From Octopus sinensis (lineage: Eukaryota): a DNA stretch of 29,121 bases. Made by a program: the position numbers and the translations under genes. This document shows positions 10,556 to 21,136 of this stretch, piece after piece (within the stretch, counting starts at the first letter, position 1; each line of letters opens with the position of its first letter). The stretch lies in the NCBI RefSeq assembly GCF_006345805.1, contig NW_021833176.1, positions 1 through 29,121 of the forward strand, in the 5' to 3' direction. The notes beneath the pieces were generated by a model. It saw nothing but the letters and a program-made list of their open reading frames with translations, had not been told where the DNA came from and made no database searches.

Positions 10556-11009
10556 TTCCTTAGCAACTGATTATGGTCTGTGTTGGCAAAAATTATACAG
10601 TGAAGTTCTAAATCTAAGTAAAAATGCCTTGGGCAAAAGATGATTTCTGATATTTTGGAACTGTCCTTTCACCCGGGAGAAGACTAGATATATTGCAACT
10701 TGAAAGACAGGATGATCACGACTCGAATGGTTTTGATCTTTGATCGTTAGTCTATTAAATCAATCACGATTCAATTGGGGTTAGACGACTAAGATGGAGG
10801 TGTCAATGATGACAAGGACAATCATAACAAGAATATTAACCTTACGATCATCAAAGACAATAAGATGAAGCCTACACGAGATCACTCGCCCTGCTTTACA
10901 TAGTAGGCAGATATCCCTCAAATCATACCATATATTTTATGTATGTATGTATATGTATCTATATACGTATGTGTGTACACGTGTCTGCATGTGTACACGT
11001 GTCTGCTAT

Positions 11010-12620
11010 CAAATGGCTACAAGCTAGGGTCTGCAACTGCTAGAGATATTAATGTAACTCTTTGTAGATGACCTCAAGATTTATTCTAAAAATGTTAACA
11101 ATGCCAAAAAATAAAACAAAAAAAAAACAAAGCAGCAGGAATTTATAACATTTTCAGCTGACATAAGTATGGGATTTGAAGAAAAAAAATGTTCATATTT
11201 GATTGTTGAACGTGGAAAATCAGTCATCCAGACCTAAAACCTGAGCATCAACAGTCTCTCTATCTCCTCTGTTGCACACAAGGAATGTTATGAATACCTA
11301 GGAATTGATGAAAACTTATCATGCGAAGATGCTGTCAATAAAAATAAAGTGACCCCGAAAAACAGAGCATTCGGAACTCTCCTTTTACAACAAAACAATA
11401 TCCCACAATGCATTTGAAGCATCAGTGCTGATTCCAACATCTGAGATACTTGACTGGTCTGTAAAGGAAATCCACTCTATACACATGAAAACCTGTAAGA
11501 TCCTGACATCAACTGGAAAGTTCCACAGAAACAGTGTTATCCACGGGCTCTACGTAAGAAAAGACAGAGGCTTGAGATCGGTGCAGACAGCCTTTGAATG
11601 TCGTGTAGTCTCTCTCAGACTATACCTGCTAAACAGCAGTGGCAAAAAATAAATGCATAAACCTAATGCTGAAAAGTGGGAGCAGCATCCAACATGTCAG
11701 CAGTGTTCTCCACATGAAGCACTCTCTCCTTGATGACCTCCCATACAACCCCCAAAACAACCAAACTAACATACCTCAAAGAAAACCTCGCCGTGAAACA
11801 CCCAGCAGACCAAAAATGACTGTGCATAGTTATGTTTCCAGAAGACTTGAAGAATACAGTAATATCGACATAAAGTGCAGCCTCTCTTGGACTCATGACA
11901 GCTACATTACATCATACTTCGAAGGCTATACATTTACAATCGAAGAACATGAGATTGCTATTGAATACTTAATAAACAAAAAAGACAGTGAAGCACTTGC
12001 AGCTCCAAGATGCAACCAAAAATGTAGGTTATGTGATATTTCTTTGAAAGACATACATGTTATCAGCAGCTGTCCAAGAATGTCACCGCTATGACACACG
12101 ACATAGTCGTTAAAAAATATATAATGCTGCCCAAAAAGAAAGAATAAATATAGAGAATACCATTCTTTTGAATATACACATAAACATCAGCACAAGATAT
12201 ACTGATAGAATATTCTCATCAAAACTTCTTTCGAGTGTAAACATAACATCCGGATATTATTGTTTGGAACAGACAAGAAAAATTATGTACCATATTCGCT
12301 GCCAGCTGCTCTGCTGATGTGAACAGCTCTTTGAAAATCAAAGAGAAAGAGGATACAGCTTCTATGTTCAGATCATAAATTCACATTTATGCCAATAATA
12401 ATTGATGTACTCGGTTTTGTGAAATAAGCTATGGTTTTCAGAAAAAGAGATCAACCAGCTAATTCGTAAGTAACAAATAAATCTATAAGTGAAACAGTAA
12501 AATATTCAAGACTTTTCTCAAGTTTAAAATGAGACTTACTTTTCTTATCTATATTCCAACGAAGTAGTTTGTATCTTTGTTAGAAACCAGTTCCTTCCTT
12601 ATAGAAAGACTTCAAATAAT
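11010..12620 (+). mobile_element. 5'-truncated, decayed R4/Dong-like non-LTR retrotransposon (RT + CCHC + restriction-like endonuclease)
   Basis: FVDDLKIY (from 11061), YEYLGIDEN (~11290), 'HGLYVRKDRGLRSV', 'ITSYFEGYTFTIEEHEI', CRLC..H..SSCPRM zinc knuckle (~12021-12083), H-N-x-PDIIVW and C-S-ADVN endonuclease motifs; many frameshifts and stops. Confidence 0.85.
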
Positions 12621-12799
12621 TTTTTAAAAACTGAAGAGAAAATATACAAAGAAAAGTATGCAATAGGGAAATCTATAAACTAAAAGACCCTTCAGTAAGA
12701 TTTGAAGGAATCCCTGCACACACTAACATCTGTAACTAGTCACACCAACAATGTCAAACTCCAAGAACCTGGATAAAATTTTAACAAGTATTTCAAATC

Positions 12800-13610
12800 C
12801 AACAAAAACCCAAGTGAAATAGCATTATAGATACCCACCATCCTTCTGTGCATACTGTCACACATCTACACGGGCCAACCCTTGACATCACTAATTCATA
12901 TATCCTACTCTTGAAATTCCAATTCACATGCAAACCACGACACTGAACCACCACCACCACACAACAAAGCACTTCTCACGTGTAACAGCAAAGCTTCTGA
13001 CTCCATTCTTTACTATCTACTCACACCATCTTAAGAAACAACGCAAAATATTGGATAGTAAACTATCAGGCCATTTAACCTCTGTTGTTTATAAGAACAA
13101 AACTTCCAGAATTTCTAATTTACCAAATGGGATACGTCAATCATCTACTTTACCCCTATTTTTCAGCCTATGTCAATGTGAGCTTCTGACCTATATCTAC
13201 TCAGCTCCTGTGAAATATGCAGATATCCTTACATGCAAATGGTTTCCAATTTAGGAACAAGACCAGTAATTTTGAGAGAAGCGGATTAGTAGATACTATC
13301 GGCCCCACTATTTACTGACACTTTCGACTCCAAAAAGATCCAAAAAAATATATCATACTCACACTTTTCTCACGATTCTTCAGACATTGCTCCACAACCA
13401 CTCTGAGCCCCACTTAAATCACCTCGAAATTTAGCTCAATCATAAGAGACTTTAAGTAGCGAGTAGTCCCGCGCTTTTTACCAGCAGCATCAGAGAATAT
13501 AAAACCGCAATCAGCTATGATGCTCAACAATCAGCTATGATTCATACCACAACATATACATCAACAGCATAAATACACCACTCGCACGCACACACGCACA
13601 CACACACACA

Positions 13611-13678
<68 letters not shown>

Positions 13679-14450
13679 AAACACACACATACAGAAGAAA
13701 AACCATACTTAAAAACAAAATAACCAAATCAAAATTAGAGAAATCACAGCAATCACATTTGGCCGACAGAAAGAGTCAATGTCAATGAATTGTAAATCGA
13801 TACTTTAGGGTAATCATGGACTATACTCAGGCCTTCAACCTCTCTACAACAAACCAAAGAACACAAAGAACACAAAACTACATTTACACATCATGGCAGG
13901 TTTTGTACAGACAATGCCTAGAGCCTACCAATACAGAAAAACAGAAATAATAAATGTGAACCACCACGATAACAGTTTGTTATTGCAGCAAACTTCACCC
14001 CGCAAATTCTTATTATTACATGAAAGCCAACCCAAACTCCTAGACACTTATAGAAATTCTCAGAGCTCTACTACTGCAAAATCATACAAACGCTATCTCT
14101 CATTGTGCCTGGCCTTGAATGTGCAGGCCCACAAAGAACACACCAACATAAGAAACACAACATTCAACATCTCGATCCTCACTGACTCCAAAATTTATGA
14201 TAGGATGTCAACTAACAACAACAACTTAAGTGTCTCGTCCTGGTCTATTCCACCCTACTGGTTACAGCTGTTACCACTACCAGATTCTACTAAATGCAGA
14301 AGCAGAAAGTGTAGAAGAAACTACAATGCGTTTGAACTGTTTGGCTGCATCCTATTACATGCGGCATTGCTTACTGGAAAGAATGGGCGGTATTGTCACC
14401 AGCTAGACATAGATATGATATAACTTGAGGCGGTGCATCTGTGGGTGGCC
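12800..14450 (+). mobile_element. Highly degenerate LINE RT remnants (clade uncertain, RTE-X/Ingi-like), interrupted by (CA)n
   Basis: 'NGIRQSSTLPLFFSL..KYADIL' (ORF 12928..13254) resembles NGLPQGSxLxPxLF..YADD; downstream 'LVLVYST' and 'ETTMRL' resemble post-RT motifs; ORF 13893..14423 crosses these remnants. Confidence 0.5.
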
Positions 14451-14509
14451 TCTTGTCGTTTGACTGATTAGTTTCACATTATAGGAATAACCTCGAGGTA
14501 CGCAACTCG

Positions 14510-14680
14510 TGTAACGCCACCAACATCAACGAAACAAGCAACAACAATATCACACCCCACCACCAGCATCGCCACCACAAACGCCATTATTACTGCAGTA
14601 CATGTTACCAACATCACAACAAACACCAACAACATCAACAGCAACAACACCAACAACAACTACAACAATAACAGCAGCAA
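14510..14680. repeat. (CAA/CAC)n degenerate trinucleotide repeat
   Basis: Direct reading. Confidence 0.85.
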
Positions 14681-14772
14681 AATTCTTTGCGTGGACGCTC
14701 GACCTACGAGATTTAGCAACCAAATCTCTCTCATATCATCAAACCCTATCAACTTGGTAATAAATGAATGAA

Positions 14773-14818
<46 letters not shown>

Positions 14819-14819
<1 letters not shown>

Positions 14820-15442
14820 GCATGAGTGTGGCTGCGTGGTAAGAAGCTTGCTCCCCAACAACATGGTTCTGGATTCAAACCCACTACGTGGCAGCTTGAA
14901 CAAGTGCCTCGGACTAACCAAAGCCTTAATAGTGGATTTGGTAGACGGAAACTGAATGTGTGTGTGTGTCTGTGTGTGAATGTGCCTTTGTGTCTGTGTT
15001 TGTCCCCTATCACCGTTTGATAACCGGCGTTGGTGTGTTTACGTTCCCGTAACTTAGCGGTCCTGCAAAAGAGCCCGATAGAATCAGTATTAGGCTTTAA
15101 AAAATAAGTCCAGTGGTTGATTTATCCGAATAAAATTTGGATCTTTGTGGTTCTCATCACTGTCTACAATTTTGCTCCAATTGTTTTCAAAGTTGGTATA
15201 TGGATTAAGTTTTGTATCCTAATAATGAAGACGAAATTTATTTTCCCTATAAATCCATAATTAAAAAGTTATTAACCATTAAAATTTGCAAAATTTGGTT
15301 ATTTTAGCCAATCAGAAGCGAGTATTTTATACATCACTGTGGCGATAATTGTAAACAGTGACGAAAACCCACAAAGATCCTAAAACTCTTCAATGTGGTG
15401 CTCCAACATGACCGCATCAAACGGCTGAAACAAGTAAAAGAA
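14819..15442 (+). mobile_element. SINE family B (tRNA head, internal (GT)n, CR1-like tail), interrupted by a MITE
   Basis: A box TGGCTGCGTGGTAAG, B box GGATTCAAACCC, body shared with 20697-20988 and 27788-28110, tail GTGGTGCTCCAACATGACCGCA..GCTGAAACAAGTAAAAGA; preceded by (AAAT)n. Confidence 0.9.
15139..15380. mobile_element. MITE, 242 bp, GG..CC termini, probable 8-bp TSD
   Basis: TIRs GGATCTTTGTGG-TTCTCATCACTGTCTACAATT and the reverse complement of AATTGTAAACAGTGACGAAAACCCACAAAGATCC; flanks TAAAATTT / TAAAACTC. Confidence 0.85.
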
Positions 15443-15465
15443 TAAAAAAAAATAATAAATAAGTA

Positions 15466-15639
15466 GGCGATCCTTCGGTATAGGTACCGTAATTACCGGA
15501 AGTGGCTTTGTTTACATTTCTGAAGATAACAGAAACCCTTTTCTCTCACTCCTAACCCTAACCCCCGATATATATAAAAAGAAAAAACACTTTCTTGAAA
15601 TGTATCCGGTACTTCCGGTACCAATACCGAAGTTGCGCC
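15466..15639. mobile_element. MITE, 174 bp, 35-bp TIRs, perfect 8-bp TSD
   Basis: TIRs 15466-15500 and 15605-15639 (29/35 identical); AATAAGTA at 15458-15465 and 15640-15647. Confidence 0.92.
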
Positions 15640-15849
15640 AATAAGTAATTAAATAAATATGAAAGGAACATCGAACTTCGTTGTTCTAGATGGGATAGTC
15701 AAGGCTGGAACGCCTTCGAGCCTAAATCAGAGTAGTTTCAAAGCAACAACGACAACAGCAGCAGCAGCAACAACAGCAACACTACCACTACCGCCATCAC
15801 CATAATCACTGCTATAGCATCACTGGTATATGGGGGTCAATAAATAGAA

Positions 15850-16084
15850 GGCGGCGAGCTGGCAGAAACGTTAGCGCACCATGCGAAATGCTTAGAGGTA
15901 TTTCGTCTGTCGCAACGTTCTGATTTCAAATTCCGCCGAGGTCGACTTTGCCTTTCATCCTTTCGGGGTCGATAAATTAAGTACCAGTTACGCACTGGGG
16001 TCGATGTAATTGACTTAATACCTATGTCTGTCCTTGTTTGTCCCCTCTATGTTTAGCCCCTTGTGGGCAATAAAGAAATAGGTA
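15850..16084 (+). mobile_element. Full-length SINE family A, tail type 1
   Basis: GGCGGCGAGCTGGCAGAAACGTTAG head, B-box region, core, tail ..GCCCCTTGTGGGCAATAAAGAAATAGGTA. Confidence 0.92.
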
Positions 16085-17399
16085 TATGTAAAGACGGCAT
16101 AGTTAAGGGCTGCTGTATATCAGGGGGGTATCTTAACATCAGCTCATAACACCACCACTACCACCACCACTAACAACAGTAGCAACAACGACAACACAAT
16201 CATTGCCGTTGTCGATTATACCAGAAGAACGTGCTATCATCAGATGATGTATTTAATCTGCCTTAGTGCTGCCGCCGCCGCTGCCGCCGTCATCGCCTTG
16301 GTAATTCATAACAGAATATGCCTGTCCGTCAATTCAGGTCAACTCACCTGACACTCTTTCGTGTTTAACTTATTTAACACAGTTGCTTTAATTAAAATTT
16401 TACGTGCTCTTTAGATACGTCAATACACTCTCACCTTTGACCTAATCTCTGACTTATTCACCTTCTGTACTCCACCTACATCCCCACTCCACGACGAAAA
16501 TTCATGGACTTGTCCACACAAAAGTGGGACGTTTCGTGTTATTTTTCTTTGTAATAGTTTGTTTGTTCGGCCTGTTCGTTAATCGGTTTGTTGGTTGGCT
16601 GGTTGGTTGATTGGTAGGCAGGTAAATATTGCTGCTGGGATTTTTTTCACTCTCTTATTTCTTTGTTTGTTTATTCTTGTTGTTGCTTTTAATCGTCGTT
16701 GTTGATCTGATGGTGACAATGGTGCTGACTTAAATTAACATTTAAGTCACGTGATTGTAATAACGTTGCTGGTTGCCATGTCAGTGACACTTTAACTATC
16801 ACTGACATATCAGAACCATATGAAGTTAGAGCCATATGAACAATCAGATACAGGTTACCATTGTAGACGGAGGGAGTACTGTATTGTCTCGACTTCCACT
16901 TTGTCCATTTTAAATTTTTTTTTTTTTTTTTCAGCTTGCAGTCCTGAATTCAAATCACTCGGTCGTGAACGGCAAGATCCACAGAACATCATTCCGGTAC
17001 TGAAACACTCAACTACCTCCAGTTAATTCTGTAATTGGGTCTACGGCCTTGATCATGATTAAATAATAGAAATAACAACCCTAACATCTTTTTTTAAAAA
17101 CGAGAAGGATGCGTTAGATAACGTTGTCTGTTGTATATTATGGCTTGCAAAAAATAAATAAAATAGGTACGTTCACGGTTGGAATGTTCTTGATTATAAG
17201 TTTGCTTAAGTAGAACTGATCTGGGGAAACGACGGTATCATTTGCCTGAAAAGGATTAGGATGCAAAGATAAAAAATCAAAAACAAACCCACAGCCGTCA
17301 CCCGGAATCGAACATAACCTGATAACATTTACCATGTTTTCGTTAATTGTTTTAGGTGCCTGCGTAGTCTCGAATAGATAAAGATATCTTCTAGTTCTA

Positions 17400-17624
17400 C
17401 TTACTCTTTGACACAGCGGGACATCCAGATCGTGACTGCCGCATGGAGAGAGGGTTTCATTTGCTCTCGGCTGGTATATATTTATATATATTACCAGCTG
17501 AGTAACCTGAGAGAGCGTAAAATGAAGCGCTTTCCCTAATGATACACTGCACCGCCCGGACCAAGAATTGAACCTACAACATTATGATCGCGACTCCAAC
17601 ATCTTAACCACTAGACCGCGCGCT
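17400..17624 (-). mobile_element. Degenerate tRNA-derived SINE (family C-type head)
   Basis: Reverse complement reads GCGCGGTCTAGTGGTTAAGATG (A box), GTAGGTTCAATTC (B box), then a CORE-like segment. Confidence 0.65.
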
Positions 17625-17812
17625 TTCACAAACAGAGAAACAGAGTTAGATAAATAAAAGGGAATATTTGGTCGTTTGTTGCTTTATATCAGATTAGGAA
17701 AAATTCCATCATAGGCTGATGGCACTGATAACCTTGTAATCATGTACTACCTGTTCATGGTCGAGTGATCAACTATTAAACCAGTATGAAGAAGGTATGT
17801 GTGTGTGTGTGT

Positions 17813-17859
<47 letters not shown>

Positions 17860-18329
17860 GCGCGCGCACGACCATCAAGGTTTAAAAGATAGAATAATGT
17901 CAAATACGAATTAGTTCATTGAGAACTAACAGCATCTTGGGAAGGGGATAGGCGCCACAGGGATTTCCAAATCCAGTGAAATTCTCGAAAGCTTCGCCAA
18001 TATTGAATTTCATACCGAGCCAGTTGGGGGCTAATAAAGCCCCAAATCGAGAGGACTTTTCCACACCTGCGTAATCACCGCCAATACTGTCCCATGTCCT
18101 ATCACCAATACATCGCTTGCGCCGCCATTAACAACATAATCAATTAAACCACCGCCACCAACGCAACCAACTGTAACACCAGCAACAACAATACCACCAT
18201 CAACAACAGCCCCAACAAAACACACCAACAACAACATCATCACCAACACCTGCACCATCAGCGTCAACACCATCACCGACTCCATTAACTCAAAAGGAGT
18301 TGTATTACTGTATGGATTTGGCCATCGAG

Positions 18330-18596
18330 TGTTGTTATACACCACTGGTCACAATGCGCTTCCTCACATTGTCCTTAGTTTTCGTATGATGCCGGCTCGC
18401 TAGCAAGGTGAGCAGACCAGCATTACTCTTGAACGCAATGCCAGTTCGTTGCAGTGTTATCCATTTAGGCTGAGTGTACCGGAGCAACGTGAAATGAAAC
18501 GTCTGCCTCAGGAACACAATGGATCGCCGGTCTGGGAATCGAAACCACGACCTTGCGATCTTCAGTGCAACACTCTAATCAGTAGGTCATGTACCT
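18330..18596 (-). mobile_element. Degenerate tRNA-derived SINE (CORE-like, possibly V-domain-like body)
   Basis: Reverse complement reads GGTCGTGGTTTCGATTCCC (B box), TTGTGTTCCTGAGGCAGACGTTTCATTTCACGTTGCTCCGGTACACTCAGC, CTGCAACGAACTGGCATTGCGTTCAAG. Confidence 0.65.
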
Positions 18597-18723
18597 TTAT
18601 ACACACACACACACACACACGTTGATAGATATATAGTTAAATTCATAAATGTGTGTGTATATATTTGTATGTATGTATAAATATATATATGCATAGATAT
18701 ATACATATGCATATATACACGCT

Positions 18724-18758
<35 letters not shown>

Positions 18759-18991
18759 TTACACACACACATACACAAATTTACACACATACACACACAT
18801 ATACTTGGAATTTACAGAAAAACAAAAGACCAAAACAGGTGTATGAACAACAAACAGGTGTATTAGTTTGACGCTCGGGAAAGTGAGAAAGTCTTTTAGG
18901 TTTCGAGCCTACGCTCTTCAACAGAAAGGAATAACGGAAAATAAACAGAGAATAAAAAAAAAACTAACTTATGGATTTAGCGATAAACATA

Positions 18992-19364
18992 TCTCTTATA
19001 TAAAATCCGTTCTGTCTGTTTGTGTGTGTGGGATCTCGGCATCCTCCATCCGATTGCACTCAAATTTGATATGTAGATACCGACGATATCAGGGCGTGTA
19101 TAAGTCTTGAAAAAATTACAAAAATCGATTCCAGGTGAGAATGCGATCGATAAAGTCGTGGGAACGTGCATTTGTAAAATCGTTTTTCTTGGAATAGAAA
19201 AAAAGTTTATCTTTATTTCTTCTTTTGCTGATGTCTCAAATTTAGGTTAAATCGGTGTTTCTCAAAGGGGAGGCCTATGGGACGGTCGGACAAGTTGGTT
19301 TGAGAAAATATGGTTTAAATGTTTGACAAATTAGCACCGTCGATTGGACGGGGGCATTTTGCTC

Positions 19365-19365
<1 letters not shown>
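18992..19365 (+). mobile_element. Non-autonomous Helitron-like element, 374 bp
   Basis: A|TC start, TCTCTTATATAAAA plus TCTG/TGTG tract as in 7818; hairpin CCGTC-GATTG-GACGG (19337-19351); ends CTCG|T. Confidence 0.8.
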
Positions 19366-19408
<43 letters not shown>

Positions 19409-19898
19409 CTTATCGCTAAATCCACAAGTTTTTTTTTATTCCTTAGATGAAATCATCCCTTCATGAGGTTAACACAACCTCTTATCGAATTTAATAATTA
19501 ACTTTTATCTATTGCGCTAGTAATATAGTAATATGTGTGTGTCAGAAAGAGAGTTCGGAGGGGAGATAGTGGTGAGGCTACAGTGACACATATTTTACAT
19601 TCCTGCTTATGTCTTACAAGTGAGATTTTTGTTAATACGTAACATATTATGGACCGAATATAAAGTATGTTCAATGTATGTAGGCCGAAAATGTATGTTC
19701 AATGTATGTTCAAGGCGGTTATAGCCGTCCTAGTTCCTAATCAAATATAATGTATCTAAGCGTACATTACATTCAATATGGTCTTCCTTTTGAAGACAGT
19801 AGGGTGTGGTTTGAAGGTAATTTGACTTTAGTCTCTAGAAGATAAAAAACGGAATATCCATTCATTGTGATCATTTTCTACTCTTGTCATATCGTAAT

Positions 19899-20015
19899 CA
19901 AGGGGCTAAACACAGAGGGGACAAACAAGGACAGACAAACGGATTAAATCGATTATATCGACCCCAGTGCGTAACTGGTACTTATTTAATCGACCCCGAA
20001 AGGTTGAAAGGCAAA
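19899..20015 (-). mobile_element. 5'-truncated SINE family A, tail type 1
   Basis: Reverse complement of core and tail. Confidence 0.88.
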
Positions 20016-20044
20016 TATTAATATATATATTCAACCCTGAAAAA

Positions 20045-20250
20045 GGCAGTGGTCTAGCAGAAACGTTAGCACGCCGGGCAAAATGCTTAGTTGTATTTTG
20101 TCCGTAGCTACGTTCGGAGTTCAAATTCCGCCGAGGTCGACTTTGCCTTTTATCCTTTCGGGGGTCGATAAATTAAGTACCAGCTGCATACTGGGGTCGA
20201 TCTAATTGACTGACCCCCTCCCCCAAAATTTCGGGCCTCGTGCATAGAGT
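20045..20250 (+). mobile_element. SINE family A, tail type 2
   Basis: Head, B box GAGTTCAAATTCC, core, tail CCCCTCCCCCAAAATTTCGGGCCTCGTGCATAGAG. Confidence 0.9.
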
Positions 20251-20423
20251 GGCGGTTCTATCTTATCTTAAAATAGTTTCATGTGTAACGAAAGTAGTTT
20301 TTTGACATTCGAATCATTATGATGGAAAAAGAAAGATTAGAACCATTTCACTTGATTTTCGCAAAATTGACGCAAAGGCTGCGAATAAGTTTAACACACA
20401 CACACACACATTCATCATATACC

Positions 20424-20635
20424 TGGCACTCCGTCGGTTACGACGATGAGTGTTCCTACTGATCCGACTAACGGAACAACTTTTCGTGAAATTAATGTGC
20501 AAGTGGCTGGACACTCCACAGACTCATGTACCCTTAACGTAGTTCTGAGGGAGATTCAGCGGGAGGCATAATGCGACAAGGCTGGCCCTTTGAAATACAT
20601 TTACTACTCGTTTTTACCAGTTGAATGGACTGGCG
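20424..20635 (-). mobile_element. 3' portion of SINE family C
   Basis: Reverse complement: CCAGTCCATTCAACTGGTAAAAACGAGTAGT..CAGCCACTTGCACATTAATTTCACG..CATCGTCGTAACCGACGGAGTGCCAG; recalled as a common octopus SINE body; head absent. Confidence 0.6.
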
Positions 20636-20696
20636 CATACGTACATGCACACACACATACATACAAACATACATACAAACACACACACACACATGC

Positions 20697-20986
20697 GCAG
20701 GCATAGCACCTTGGGCAAGTGTCTTTTACTATAACTCGGGTGGACTAAAGGCATAAAATGGATTTGATAGACAGAAACTGAAAGGAGCTTGTCATGTGTG
20801 TGTGAGTGTGTGTGTGTGTGTGTATGTATGTCCTTACCACCAGTTTTGTAACCAGGTTGGTTTGTTTATGTCCCTGTAACTTAGCAGTTTGCCAGAAAAT
20901 ATGTATTATGACCGATTTGTTCGACTAAACCCTTCAATGCGGTACCCCATCATCGCTGCAGTCCAATGAATGAAACAAAAGATAAA

Positions 20987-20988
<2 letters not shown>
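20697..20988 (+). mobile_element. SINE family B with internal deletion of the tRNA region
   Basis: GCGCAGGCAT joined directly to AGCACCTTGGGCAAGTGTC; body and tail as in the other B copies. Confidence 0.8.
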
Positions 20989-21059
<71 letters not shown>

Positions 21060-21136
21060 CATACATACATACATAATACATCCATACATTACATACAAAC
21101 ATACATACATACACTACATACATACATAAATACATA

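Noticed and set aside
13893-14423. 176-aa ORF as a host gene
   Set aside because: Overlaps degenerate LINE post-RT motifs in shifting frames; best read as a TE relic.
15571-15584. CCTAACCCTAACCC as telomeric sequence
   Set aside because: Only about two units, internal to a MITE.
15850-15935. A and B boxes as tRNA genes (also 14819, 17560, 18530)
   Set aside because: No complete cloverleaf; each continues into a SINE body.
17200-17245. In-frame TGA (GK*YRRFPR, minus strand) as selenocysteine
   Set aside because: No match to selenoprotein motifs I know and no SECIS identified.
17955-18065. GGGATTTCC and GGACTTTTCC NF-kB-like sites
   Set aside because: Short motifs with no independent support.
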